The notes below the pieces were generated by a model that saw only the letters and a list, made by a program, of their open reading frames with translations, was not told where the DNA came from and did no database searches. Positions 1 to 9,356 of a stretch of 64,000 bases of DNA are shown piece after piece. Numbering within the stretch: the stretch's first letter is position 1; every line of letters starts with the position of its first letter. The translations under genes and the position numbers were made by a program. This DNA comes from an uncultured virus (IMG/VR IMGVR_UViG_2663763181_000001) (Duplodnaviria; Heunggongvirae; Uroviricota; Caudoviricetes). The DNA is taken from the IMG/VR virus record IMGVR_UViG_2663763181_000001; one strand, 5' to 3'.

Positions 1-138
1 TAAAAGAAGTAGAATCCTGACAGTCTAGCTGTAATTGTTAATAGTTGCATTCGGTTGCTTTATCTTGCATTTTCAAATAGTTAAACATAATTAAAGTTGC
101 ATCCGCTTGTACCACAATGCTGTATTTTGCATTTCATT

Positions 139-197
139 AGTCTACAAATCAGTCTACAAATTTATTTTTCAATTAATTTAAAAAAATTTGTAGACTG
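139..197. repeat. AGTCTACAAAT direct pair plus inverted copy; candidate integrase arm-type sites
   Basis: AGTCTACAAAT at 139-149 and 151-161; ATTTGTAGACT(G) at 186-197. Confidence 0.5.
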
Positions 198-266
198 CAT
201 GCTTTCTAAGCAAAACATATCCAACTTTCAAACCTGAGTAATTCTATCATTTTGAATAGTTTATAA

Positions 267-452
267 ATGAATTATTATCGATTCTTAGTTGATAGTTGTT
301 TTTTATTAAGAATGAGTGAAGAACTTATGAAAGATTGGGTCTACTTCTATATCGAGCATACAATTAAATATGGTGAACCTTTCTTTAAAGAGTCAGGCTG
401 GTCATTAGGTTTGAAAAATAATTATTTAGTTATGAGCGAAGTCCTAAGCTAA
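267..452 (+). CDS. Small hypothetical protein (true start may be 327, MKDWVYF...)
   Basis: ORF track only; no recognisable motif. Confidence 0.35.
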   Translation: MNYYRFLVDSCFLLRMSEELMKDWVYFYIEHTIKYGEPFFKESGWSLGLKNNYLVMSEVLS

Positions 453-553
453 ATAAAGAGAAATAATGCATTATTAATGCATATCTTATTTATAATTGAA
501 CAAAGAAATAAATAATCAATTTTGTCAAAAGACATAAATTTAGTTGGAAAATT

Positions 554-1270
554 ATGCGCTATTTTAAAACACAATTTCAAATATGTTTAAAACATTTCCT
601 TTATGCACAACCCAATTATTCAAATGGAGCTAATACACATTATTTAAAGGTAAAACCTGTTAATCATTATTTTAAATTATTGATAGATGAAAGCTTTAAG
701 GACCTTCGCTCAAGTATTTATACAGAGATTGCAGAAAATCGTCGCGAACCTTTTGATCATGCAATAAAGTATCTAATTTCTTCAAATAAATTACTTGATG
801 TTGATGGAATAGATATCTATTACACATATTTACCAAGTGTTTCTATTAGTGCCTTCAGTTGTGAATTATTTTTAAAAGCTTGGATAGCAGAGGATAAAGT
901 CGAACATATTTATTCACCCTATCATCAAGTCACTCATGTTCGTTATATGGGATCTTTTGCCACAACTTTTCTAAAAAGTTTACCAAAAGGAAACTTACAT
1001 AACCTTAAAGAAATCTTCTTAGCTCTACCTGAAGACATCCAAGATTTTCATATCTATATCTATGATTGCTTTTATAAAACTTCATTAAATTTATCTTTAG
1101 TTGATGCTTTGGAAAAAGTTAAAAGCTACTTTATTGACTCAAGATATTTTTTTGAGAAACCTAATGCTCAATATGATGCATACTTAGTAAATGATTTAGC
1201 AAATTTCTTTTATGAAGTATTCTTATTTTTAAATAACTGGAATGGAAAAGTACACACAGATATCAATTAA
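554..1270 (+). CDS. HEPN-like domain protein
   Basis: AFSCELFLKA...HNLKEIF...SRY pattern typical of HEPN (ExxLK/HxL/RY); very AT-rich. Confidence 0.55.
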   Translation: MRYFKTQFQICLKHFLYAQPNYSNGANTHYLKVKPVNHYFKLLIDESFKDLRSSIYTEIAENRREPFDHAIKYLISSNKLLDVDGIDIYYTYLPSVSISAFSCELFLKAWIAEDKVEHIYSPYHQVTHVRYMGSFATTFLKSLPKGNLHNLKEIFLALPEDIQDFHIYIYDCFYKTSLNLSLVDALEKVKSYFIDSRYFFEKPNAQYDAYLVNDLANFFYEVFLFLNNWNGKVHTDIN

Positions 1271-1293
1271 ATTACTTTCTAAAGGATTTCAAT

Positions 1294-1937
1294 ATGTGCT
1301 CAAACTATGAACCAATTGCAAAAGATAGAATTCACTTGCTGGATCTGTTTGAGCCGACATTTGAATATAAATCTCACATATACCCTAACTATGAAGCCCC
1401 CTATTATTCTCTAAAAAAGAACAAATGGAATGGCGATTGGCTAGATTTGGTTTGGTCGCTCCATGGGTCAAAGAACTTAAAAAAGTTCATAACACTTACA
1501 ATGCAAGAACGGAAACAGTTCACGAAAAGCCTAGTTTCAAAAATGCATGGAAGAAAAACCAATTCTGTTTAATCCCAGCTGATGTAATCTTTGAGCCAAA
1601 ATATATAAATAATAAGCCTGAGTGGTGGGGAATTTATCGTAAAGATGCTATGCCTTTTACTATAGCTGGTATTTATGAATATGCTGTCGTAAACGGCGAA
1701 GAAATAAGATCTATGAGCATGCTCACAATTAACTCTGACCATCACCCTTTTATGAATCAATTTCACGCGCCCACTGATGAAAAGCGTTCTATTATTGTTA
1801 TTCCTCCTAAATTAAGGAATGACTGGCTTCATTGTAAGCATGAGGAAGCAAATGACTTTTTCTTAGATATGCCAGCTGATGAATTCACCGCTCAACCCCG
1901 ATCAGAACTGAAGAATTTCCGACCAAATACACTATAA
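1294..1937 (+). pseudogene. SOS response-associated peptidase (SRAP/HMCES/YedK family), frameshifted
   Basis: N-terminal MCSNY (Cys2) in ORF 1294; FGLVAPW, YNARTET, CLIPAD..FEP, FTIAGI, H...EKRS in ORF 1425. The frames join at the C5 run 1397-1401. Confidence 0.85.
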
Positions 1938-2015
1938 GGAACGTCAACTTTTGACTTCTACTTGTTTATCCACATTTTTTTTAATTTGAATTTAAACGCT
2001 GCTCTAGCATATCAT

Positions 2016-2038
2016 CTTGATTATGTAACGAAATCAAG
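2016..2038. promoter_or_regulatory. UmuDAb-type SOS operator (inverted repeat)
   Basis: CTTGATTATGTAACGAAATCAAG just upstream of the umuD RBS; resembles the A. baumannii TTGAAAATGTAACTTTTTCAA site. Confidence 0.75.
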
Positions 2039-2046
2039 GAGTAACT

Positions 2047-2547
2047 ATGAGCATTATCCCCAATTCAATTATCGAAATTAAACCACATCTCAATGCTGGC
2101 AAGGTTTTGAGTGAGGTTGAATCCATAAAATTAGTTTCACCTACTACTTTTTTTTCAATACCTTTAGCTATAGAAAAAGTTTCAGCTGGTTTTCCCTCTC
2201 CTGCTCAAGATTATGTTGATCGAACTCTCGACATGAATGAGCACCTAATTAAAAATGAAGAAGCAACATTTATTGTTAGAGTGGCATCACTTTCGATGCT
2301 TAACGCTGGCATTGATATTGATGATGAGTTGATTGTTGATCGTAGTCTTGATGCTAAACACAACGATATTGTTGTTGCACTTATAGATAATGATTTTACT
2401 GTTAAACGCTTAATGATTGATGAAAATGAGCGTTGGTTAAAAGCTGAAAATCCAGATTATGATGATATTCATCTTCATGACGGGCAAGAACTAATAATTT
2501 GGGGCGTGGTTACCTATATTCTAAAAAATACAAGAAAAAAATCATGA
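2047..2547 (+). CDS. umuD: DNA polymerase V subunit UmuD (S24 peptidase)
   Basis: [12 protein letters not shown] cleavage motif, SM catalytic Ser, FTVKRL catalytic Lys. Confidence 0.95.
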   Translation: MSIIPNSIIEIKPHLNAGKVLSEVESIKLVSPTTFFSIPLAIEKVSAGFPSPAQDYVDRTLDMNEHLIKNEEATFIVRVASLSMLNAGIDIDDELIVDRSLDAKHNDIVVALIDNDFTVKRLMIDENERWLKAENPDYDDIHLHDGQELIIWGVVTYILKNTRKKS

Positions 2548-3842
2548 GGCACGAAGATAAAGTCTTTTTTCTCATAGATGTAAATAACATGTATGTCTCA
2601 TGTGAAAGAGTCTTTAATCCAAGCTTGAACAATAAGCCGGTCATCGTTTTATCAAATAATGATGGCTGCGCCGTTGCGCGCAGTAATGAAGCAAAAATCT
2701 TAAATATAAAAATGGGTGTGCCATTATTCCAAATCAGAGAAGTCGTACAAACGCACAATGTAATTGTTCTCTCTAGTAATTATGAACTTTACGCTGAAAT
2801 GTCGCGCAGATTTCATAAAATTCTTGCATCGTATGTAACTGATGAAGATGTTGAGAAATATTCAATAGATGAGTGTTTTGTTGATTTTTCAGCTTATGAA
2901 AAAAATTTTGACCTAGAAAAGGTCGCTCAAGATATGCGCTTAAAAATATGGAAATGGCTTGGATTACCTGTGTGCGTTGGAATCGGTAGAAGCAAAACAG
3001 AATCGAAGATTGCTAACCATATAGCTAAGAAAAATCAATCGTTTAATGGCGTTTGCGATTTAGTAAACATGGATCCGTGCAACAAAGAATATTTCTTCGC
3101 GCAGATAGATGTTTCTGAGGTTTGGGGAGTTGGCCGTAAGCATGCTAAAAAGCTTCAATCAATGGAAATTAACACTGTATTAGATCTCGCATGTAGTGAA
3201 CCCAGAGAGATGCAAAGAAGATTTTCTATTGTGATGGCTCGTACTATTAATGAGCTGCAAGGCATCTCTTGCCTTGAAATTGAAGACACCCCACCCTCTA
3301 AAAAGCAAATTATTAAGTCATGTTCTTTTGGTGCAAAAGTTACCGAACTTATTGACCTTCAAGAAGCGATAGCGATGCATGCTCAAGAAGCTTGTAAGAG
3401 ATTGAGAGATGATGAGTCATTATGCGGCTGTCTAATTGTTTTTGTTCAATCTAGTCCTTTTGATGAAAATGTACCTTTCTATAACAAGTCAATAACCGGC
3501 TCATTTTCACAGCCAACAGATTGTGCATTAGATTTCGTAAAAGCTGCAACAAAGATGGTATCTCACATTTTTAAAGAAGGTATTAAGTATAAAAAATGTG
3601 GGGTCATACTAACTGGGCTAGAACCAAAAGTTGGACACACTTATGACCTTCTCACGGATTTTGAAGCTATAGAAAAAAAAGAACAATTGATGAAAGCACT
3701 GGATAACGTTCACAACAAATTTGGAAAGAAAAAACTCGGTATAAGTACGTGTTATGTACCAGGACGGAACTGGTCTATGTCGCGGGATAAATTAAGCAGA
3801 AATCCTTTTTTGTGGGACGAACTGTTGACTATTAATAACTAA
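2544..3842 (+). CDS. umuC: DNA polymerase V catalytic subunit UmuC (Y family)
   Basis: [30 protein letters not shown] motifs; ATGA overlap with the umuD stop gives start 2544. Confidence 0.95.
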   Translation: MRHEDKVFFLIDVNNMYVSCERVFNPSLNNKPVIVLSNNDGCAVARSNEAKILNIKMGVPLFQIREVVQTHNVIVLSSNYELYAEMSRRFHKILASYVTDEDVEKYSIDECFVDFSAYEKNFDLEKVAQDMRLKIWKWLGLPVCVGIGRSKTESKIANHIAKKNQSFNGVCDLVNMDPCNKEYFFAQIDVSEVWGVGRKHAKKLQSMEINTVLDLACSEPREMQRRFSIVMARTINELQGISCLEIEDTPPSKKQIIKSCSFGAKVTELIDLQEAIAMHAQEACKRLRDDESLCGCLIVFVQSSPFDENVPFYNKSITGSFSQPTDCALDFVKAATKMVSHIFKEGIKYKKCGVILTGLEPKVGHTYDLLTDFEAIEKKEQLMKALDNVHNKFGKKKLGISTCYVPGRNWSMSRDKLSRNPFLWDELLTINN

Positions 3843-3911
3843 TTTAATATTAAAGAATTACTTAAAATTTTAAAAACTCTATTCTCTATCCCAGCAATAT
3901 CGAGAAAATCT

Positions 3912-5057
3912 ATGGAAATCAAAAAAATCTTCAATTTGATAAGTCAAAAAATGATGGCTGAATTTTATATTTCTGCTGAATTTAATCATCATGGTGTTAA
4001 AGGTGATTATAGAGAAGATGCTTTAAAAAATTTTTTAGAAAATGGCAAACTTCCTAAACAATATAAATTAGGAAATGGAGAAATCATTAGTTCATATAGC
4101 CAAACTTCAAAGCAAACAGATTTAATTGTCTATGACAACAACAAGAGTATTATATTTCAAGCATCAGATAGTATTCAGATCTATCCAATTGAAACTATTT
4201 ACGGAATTATTGAAATAAAATCAAAGTTAAGTAAACAAAAACTTAATGAAGGCTTAGAAAATATCAAATCTTTAAAACAAATACATTCACCTTCTTTTAT
4301 TTCTAAAAAACTAGGGCCAACTTCCACAGTCACATATGGCAATACACCGCCTTTTGGGGTGATCTTTGCGTATGATCTTGGAGGTAATAGTCTTGATTCC
4401 CTCGAAGAAAACCTAAGAGAATGGTGCTCTAAGAACCCTGCTTCTGTATGGCCTAATATGATTTGTGTTTTAAATCAGGGGTTAATTTTATTTAGAGAAG
4501 GCTTAAAAGACAGACTACATTCTAATGAGATAACGGATGAATGCACAACGATTGGTCTGCATTTCAAGGAGGATTCTTTATTTGAATTTACATCAAGATT
4601 AATTTCCCTATGTAGTACAAGAAAGGTCGAGGTATTTGATATAAGCCAATATTCTGATATTGGACTAATTGTAGATGGATTAAGAGTAAAAGGTGTTAGA
4701 AGATGGAAACATAAAGATGACCCAAGCAAACAATTTTGCTTGAAACAAGAATTTATTAAAAAAGTATATTCAGAATGTAAAGAACAAATTTCAAGTAAAG
4801 AATTATTGATTAAGCGTCTTGGTAATATTTCTGGACTAGAGCAGCTTTATCAAGATACTAATGGATTAGTCTATTTATATAACCCTGAAAATTATAAAGG
4901 AATGGCGGATATCCTATCTACTCCTACCCAAAGTAGTGAAAGCATAATTGAAAGGTTACAAAATGAGAAAAATATAGCTAATGGTTTCTTTATGTATATA
5001 AATGAGGTTCCTTATTTTGTACCTTATATTTACGTAACGGATGAAGATTTAGAATAG
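3912..5057 (+). CDS. DUF6602-like PD-(D/E)XK nuclease-domain protein
   Basis: GDYRE..L..FL...LP, SKQTDLIVYD, PIETIYGIIEIKSKL. Confidence 0.7.
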   Translation: MEIKKIFNLISQKMMAEFYISAEFNHHGVKGDYREDALKNFLENGKLPKQYKLGNGEIISSYSQTSKQTDLIVYDNNKSIIFQASDSIQIYPIETIYGIIEIKSKLSKQKLNEGLENIKSLKQIHSPSFISKKLGPTSTVTYGNTPPFGVIFAYDLGGNSLDSLEENLREWCSKNPASVWPNMICVLNQGLILFREGLKDRLHSNEITDECTTIGLHFKEDSLFEFTSRLISLCSTRKVEVFDISQYSDIGLIVDGLRVKGVRRWKHKDDPSKQFCLKQEFIKKVYSECKEQISSKELLIKRLGNISGLEQLYQDTNGLVYLYNPENYKGMADILSTPTQSSESIIERLQNEKNIANGFFMYINEVPYFVPYIYVTDEDLE

Positions 5058-5218
5058 TTATATCTTCCTACCAAAATACCAATCACTGGAATACATTAAT
5101 AAACTAATTAAAAAGAAGATTTTTTAAATTTAACTTATGATGAACTCGTCGAGATTATTAGTAAGGCTCGGATGACGGGTCTACAGATGATTTCTATTTT
5201 AGGAACAGTTGGTGATTA

Positions 5219-6016
5219 ATGAAACATAGGAAAGTAACTTTATCAGCAGTTTTATTATGGGGCGTAGTTGCTTATGCACTTGCACTTCTTACATATTGTA
5301 CAATGAAGAGTGTATTAAGTGCTTCAGCAGATAATATTTCTGCTTTTGGCTCTATACTTGGGGCATGTGGTGCATTCTTTGCTGCTTTTGTAGCAACATA
5401 TTTATTCAATGATTGGAGACTTCAAGCCTCTTTTGATTTAAAAAAACAACATGTAAATGAAATTAGTTATTTATTAGCCCAAAGTTATGACGAACTTCAT
5501 AAAATGGAAGAAATACTAGAAAATTTGAAAAATGTGAAAGACTATAAAATACTTTATGAAAAATATTATTCATTTAAAGCAAATGATTTAAGAGATGAGT
5601 TTTATAGCAAACAACTGAATGTTAAAATGCTTGATAGACTTAATAAAAGTCAAAATGAAATATTTGTTGTTTATGCAAAATACCAGAACCATCTTGTATA
5701 TTTAGTAGATAACTTTAATCGCATTCAAAAATCATATATTCGATATTATGATAAATTTAATAGCGAAATGGGTAATGCCGAGCGTATACTTATGTTGAAT
5801 AAGGGGTCATTCCCAAAGTATATACTTCCAAGTGAAAAAAATGCTGAAGAGGTCGGTCTTTTAAATACGCATATCTATCTTCCTATACAATTTGAGAAAG
5901 AAGATATATCTTATACTTTTAATAATATATTTGAGTTAATAAAAAAGCTAAGTGAAATATATAAAGATCTTGAAGCTAAAGTTCTTGACTCAATTGACCT
6001 TACAAAAAATGATTAG
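5219..6016 (+). CDS. Membrane protein (two N-terminal TM helices, helical soluble domain)
   Basis: Hydrophobic segments at about aa 7-27 and 42-63; 265-aa ORF. Confidence 0.75.
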   Translation: MKHRKVTLSAVLLWGVVAYALALLTYCTMKSVLSASADNISAFGSILGACGAFFAAFVATYLFNDWRLQASFDLKKQHVNEISYLLAQSYDELHKMEEILENLKNVKDYKILYEKYYSFKANDLRDEFYSKQLNVKMLDRLNKSQNEIFVVYAKYQNHLVYLVDNFNRIQKSYIRYYDKFNSEMGNAERILMLNKGSFPKYILPSEKNAEEVGLLNTHIYLPIQFEKEDISYTFNNIFELIKKLSEIYKDLEAKVLDSIDLTKND

Positions 6017-6141
6017 CCCTCGTCAAATGGCTTTTAAACGAATACCTACACTCAAAATGAGGAAATTCATTGATAGTATAAATGATGAAGCTCTAAAAGC
6101 CTCTTTAAAAACAGTCTACGATGCAGAAATAAATAATTAAT

Positions 6142-6171
6142 AAAAAAGCCCTGAATATTCAGGGCTTTTTT
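6142..6171. terminator. Bidirectional intrinsic terminator between accessory and lysis genes
   Basis: Perfect palindrome AAAAAAGCCCTGAATATTCAGGGCTTTTTT. Confidence 0.85.
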
Positions 6172-6266
6172 TAAAGTGCTTTAACGCAAATAGATACGTT
6201 TACGTTGCTATTTATTGTATGGGCCGTACAGCCACATAAAAGAAAGCTCAGTAACAGTAACTTCAT
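6171..6266 (-). CDS. 31-aa lipoprotein downstream of the endolysin (MKLLLLSFLLCGCTAHTINSNVNVSICVKAL)
   Basis: Translated by hand; lipobox LCGC; TAATG coupling to the endolysin stop; ends at the terminator. Confidence 0.7.
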   Translation of the reverse strand: MKLLLLSFLLCGCTAHTINSNVNVSICVKAL

Positions 6267-7036
6267 TAGGCTTCCAAAACCCTAGTAGCTGTTACGCCTT
6301 TTAATTGTGGCAATGTATAACGCTTACTTGCTGGTTGAGGAGTACGTCCATACCAACGGAACTCTTGGAAATCTGAATCACTATAGAGTGCGTAACACAC
6401 TTTATTTGATTGATTACCACCAAGACAAACAAGTTTTCCAGTGGTCTTATCACGTCCTACGACAAAACAAACATGGCCTCCACCTTTACGGGTTTTAATA
6501 GCAACACAACCATAAGCAGGTTTTGTTAGTTTTGCGCCGTAATTCACGTAATCCAATGCACGGTACCAATGCTTAGGATAAGCAATTCCTGCTGCTTTCA
6601 AGCAATGAGCAACAAAAGTTCCACACCACGCAGTTTCATCATCCGCCCACCAAGCTTTAAGCTCTTTTAACCATTTCAAAATAGTTGGATTGTGCTGTTT
6701 ACCTGGTATTTCTTGCAGACCAATATGTTTTTTTGCTTCAGCTATCCAAGCTAATTCATCAAGCTTTGTCGGTGTAGGAATATTCATTAAAGTGTTGATT
6801 CCTACTAACTGGCCTGTTAGTTGAGGGCCATTAAGTCGCGGCTGAGAAATTTTCTTACCGATCCATGAAAGACCAAGCATTAAAGTACCAGTTACAAATG
6901 CATGATACTTTTCAGGGATAACCTCATAATCAACACCCCATTGAAGTGCTGGCAACAAAATTAGCATGATGAATGCACCAATTGTCGGTAGCTTGACAGA
7001 AAGGTACTGCCAAGCATTATTTTCAATAAACTTCAT
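6266..7036 (-). CDS. Endolysin, TIGR02594/NlpC-P60-like peptidase with N-terminal two-TM holin-like domain
   Basis: WIAEAKKHIGLQEIPG, DETAWCG (Cys), GGGHV (His), LGGNQ; follows the holin. Confidence 0.85.
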   Translation of the reverse strand: MKFIENNAWQYLSVKLPTIGAFIMLILLPALQWGVDYEVIPEKYHAFVTGTLMLGLSWIGKKISQPRLNGPQLTGQLVGINTLMNIPTPTKLDELAWIAEAKKHIGLQEIPGKQHNPTILKWLKELKAWWADDETAWCGTFVAHCLKAAGIAYPKHWYRALDYVNYGAKLTKPAYGCVAIKTRKGGGHVCFVVGRDKTTGKLVCLGGNQSNKVCYALYSDSDFQEFRWYGRTPQPASKRYTLPQLKGVTATRVLEA

Positions 7037-7311
7037 TCATCTTTCCTTTTTCGTAAACTATCTTGCTCTAAGACTTTGATTCGTAACTCGCTTTCTTTTT
7101 CACGTAATTCACTTTCTTTACGTTCTCTGCGATCACGTCTCCACTGAAAAATGAAACTAATGAATAGGCCAACAACAGCCACAATTGCACCTGTATAGCT
7201 CAACCAATTAATTGAAGTTAAAGAACCAAAAGCACTTGCTAAACCACTCCAGAAAGTAGTTTTATTAGCAAAAGTTGTGACAGTGACTTCAATTGCCTGA
7301 TGATCAGACAT
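7033..7311 (-). CDS. Holin
   Basis: Short, hydrophobic TM segment(s), highly charged C-terminus, ATGA overlap with the endolysin. Confidence 0.75.
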   Translation of the reverse strand: MSDHQAIEVTVTTFANKTTFWSGLASAFGSLTSINWLSYTGAIVAVVGLFISFIFQWRRDRRERKESELREKESELRIKVLEQDSLRKRKDE

Positions 7312-7340
7312 GACCTATTCCCCACGTTTCATTTGTGGTT

Positions 7341-7381
7341 ATTTTTGCAAGTGTTGTTGTTCTAATTGGAGTAAGGTTCCA
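7341..7381 (-). promoter_or_regulatory. Late-promoter motif TGGAAC-N29-AAAAAT upstream of the lysis genes
   Basis: One of 16 intergenic copies with fixed spacing (see findings). Confidence 0.65.
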
Positions 7382-7434
7382 AACACAAAGCACGAAAAAA
7401 AAGCCCGAATTATTCAGACTTTTCTATGTGCAAA

Positions 7435-7728
7435 CTATCTGCCTCTACTTGCTAGGGCATTTAATCCCTTAATGACTTCTTGACCTAATTTTAAGAATAC
7501 GTTGTGACGTTCAATTTCGTTTTCTAAATACTTCTTGCGGTTTTCCCATGCTGATGAATTGAAGTAAGTACTTTCAAAACTCAAAGGCATTTTTAAAGCA
7601 TCTGATAAAGGCATTGGGCAGTTTTCAGAAATACTACTTGCAGTATCAAGCAAAAGATCGGTCCAACTCTTTGATGATTCCTGTAAAGACGGAAGCGGTG
7701 CGAAATCGTGCAGGCGCGTCATCTGCAC
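7435..7728 (-). CDS. Hypothetical late protein overlapping the upstream gene (start uncertain)
   Basis: ORF track; fills the gap before a terminator-like hairpin at about 7395-7423. Confidence 0.5.
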   Translation of the reverse strand: MQMTRLHDFAPLPSLQESSKSWTDLLLDTASSISENCPMPLSDALKMPLSFESTYFNSSAWENRKKYLENEIERHNVFLKLGQEVIKGLNALASRGR

Positions 7729-8341
7729 CTCTTTCCACTAAAATACCGTGGTTATCAACGCTTAACCGTAAATGAGTAAATAACTCATTGTTTAAATTAT
7801 TAAAGTCTTGATAGCACAAATCAAAATCACTAGCTGGCATTTTCTTAATGAAATCTAGCCGCTGCTTAAATTGTTCTTCAAATAATTGAGGGTTTGTTCT
7901 ATCCGGCAATAAAGCTAAGTGTTCATGATTAGAATAACTCAACTGAAAAGCCATCATGCAGGCAATCCATTCAGCGACGTTCTTACAATTTGCCTCTAAG
8001 AACTCCACTTCCATTCCAATAAGCTGTCTAACTGTAATTCCATTTTGAGTAGTTTCAGTTTTCCAATTATTTTCTGATTGAAGGAAAACTTTAGACCAGT
8101 CAGTGTTCACCTCCAACATAGTATTACTTTGTTTTTCAAGATATTTAAGCAGCAATAAATACCGTTCCTGAATTGATAAAAGTAAAGGATCCACATTGTC
8201 TAATGCTGATTTCAGAAAAGCTGAAAGTCTTTTTTCATTAAAATTTGGAGCAATGATAGATATTTTGAGACATTGCTCAAAACTAAGCTCTTGCATTTGG
8301 TAGGTATTTTCACCAACGTACACAGGATCAAAAGTAATCAT
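7646..8341 (-). CDS. Hypothetical tail/baseplate assembly protein
   Basis: ATG at 8341 coupled (TAATG) to the upstream stop; context only. Confidence 0.6.
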   Translation of the reverse strand: MITFDPVYVGENTYQMQELSFEQCLKISIIAPNFNEKRLSAFLKSALDNVDPLLLSIQERYLLLLKYLEKQSNTMLEVNTDWSKVFLQSENNWKTETTQNGITVRQLIGMEVEFLEANCKNVAEWIACMMAFQLSYSNHEHLALLPDRTNPQLFEEQFKQRLDFIKKMPASDFDLCYQDFNNLNNELFTHLRLSVDNHGILVERGADDAPARFRTASVFTGIIKELDRSFA

Positions 8342-9153
8342 TAGTTGCCTCCATATAATGAGTAAATATCCTTTGAGTCCCATGCAGTTCGACTCATTAA
8401 ACTAATATTGACAGCTAAACTTAACCGGTTACCTTTTTCATCAATTGGCGCGACTATTGGTGCTGAAACACTTTCAAGAATAAAGGGTTTATAAGTTTTG
8501 CCATGAGTAGTGAGAGATACGAAAGGTGGGATAACCCCTGAAAACAAGCCTTCTAAGATTGTATTTGAATCATTAACGACATTTTGCAGCGTAGAATCAG
8601 ACGATAATGATACTGGTACGCTCCAAGCCTCCAACTGCATGATCTTGTCTTCAACTTCGGATTTTGCATCACTAAAGGCCAAGAAAAAGATTGATAAATT
8701 AAGACGTACTGATGATGTAGATAGGAATACTTGAGTTGTATTCACTTTAGTTAAATTTGTTCGCCCTTCAACGCTCTTAAGTGCATTTTCAGCCGTTGCT
8801 AAAGGTCCTGATGCCATATCACTTAATGCTGAAATGAATGGTGAATTCTCACCTAACGTTGCTGCAGCTTGAAGCATTTGCCCAGTTTGCAAGTTAGCCA
8901 TCAACATTGGCATCTTTAGTTCTGGATTGCTATTTTCAAATGGAGTTTGCCATTGGCTCTCAATACTTTTATCACCGTCAGTCAACAAAGCACGAATTAC
9001 TGGTGAGGCTACTGGGTTACCATCTTTATCACAAAGTGAGAATTCAGCATATTTATGCTTTGAAATTGAGCCATAGAAAGGATCTGATTCAGTACTGGGC
9101 AACTTTGTTTTAGCTGTATTAACAGCTGGTGCATATGCTAAAGCTTTGGACAT
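8341..9153 (-). CDS. Putative tail tube initiator/baseplate protein
   Basis: Beta-rich tube-like pattern (LNLSIFFLA...PPFVSLT...FILESVS); late motif at 9220-9225. Confidence 0.5.
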   Translation of the reverse strand: MSKALAYAPAVNTAKTKLPSTESDPFYGSISKHKYAEFSLCDKDGNPVASPVIRALLTDGDKSIESQWQTPFENSNPELKMPMLMANLQTGQMLQAAATLGENSPFISALSDMASGPLATAENALKSVEGRTNLTKVNTTQVFLSTSSVRLNLSIFFLAFSDAKSEVEDKIMQLEAWSVPVSLSSDSTLQNVVNDSNTILEGLFSGVIPPFVSLTTHGKTYKPFILESVSAPIVAPIDEKGNRLSLAVNISLMSRTAWDSKDIYSLYGGN

Positions 9154-9284
9154 GTTTAAGTACTAATTCATAACAAATAAGCTATTATTAAATAAAAAAT
9201 ATGGACACTTATTAGCTTAGTTCCAGCATTAAAAACTGATAAGAAAGTATTGAAAATACAATAATTACTAATTTTAATATCAAG

Positions 9285-9312
9285 TTGATTGTGAGCAATT
9301 TTTTAGTATGAT
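9285..9312 (+). promoter_or_regulatory. Sigma70-like promoter of the moron
   Basis: TTGATT-N16-TATGAT upstream of 9357. Confidence 0.45.
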
Positions 9313-9356
9313 GGAAATGCGAATATTTATTTATGCTATTGTTTGAGAAATAAAAA

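Noticed and set aside
1966..1974. Perfect DnaA box TTATCCACA (another at 60402-60410)
   Set aside because: Isolated single copies with no cluster; compatible with chance in AT-rich DNA.
2499..2543. ORF-track 5' extensions (umuC 2499; also 8383, 33594, 45176, 49952, 50792, 51773)
   Set aside because: Downstream starts have an RBS or stop-start coupling; the extensions overlap other genes or promoters.
5952..6140. 62-aa ORF overlapping the end of the membrane-protein gene
   Set aside because: GTG start inside the upstream gene; at most a short remnant (MAFKRIP...) with no supporting motif.
7082..7123. KESELR(E) duplication in the holin C-terminus
   Set aside because: Simple 21-bp intragenic duplication in a charged tail; no evident further meaning.
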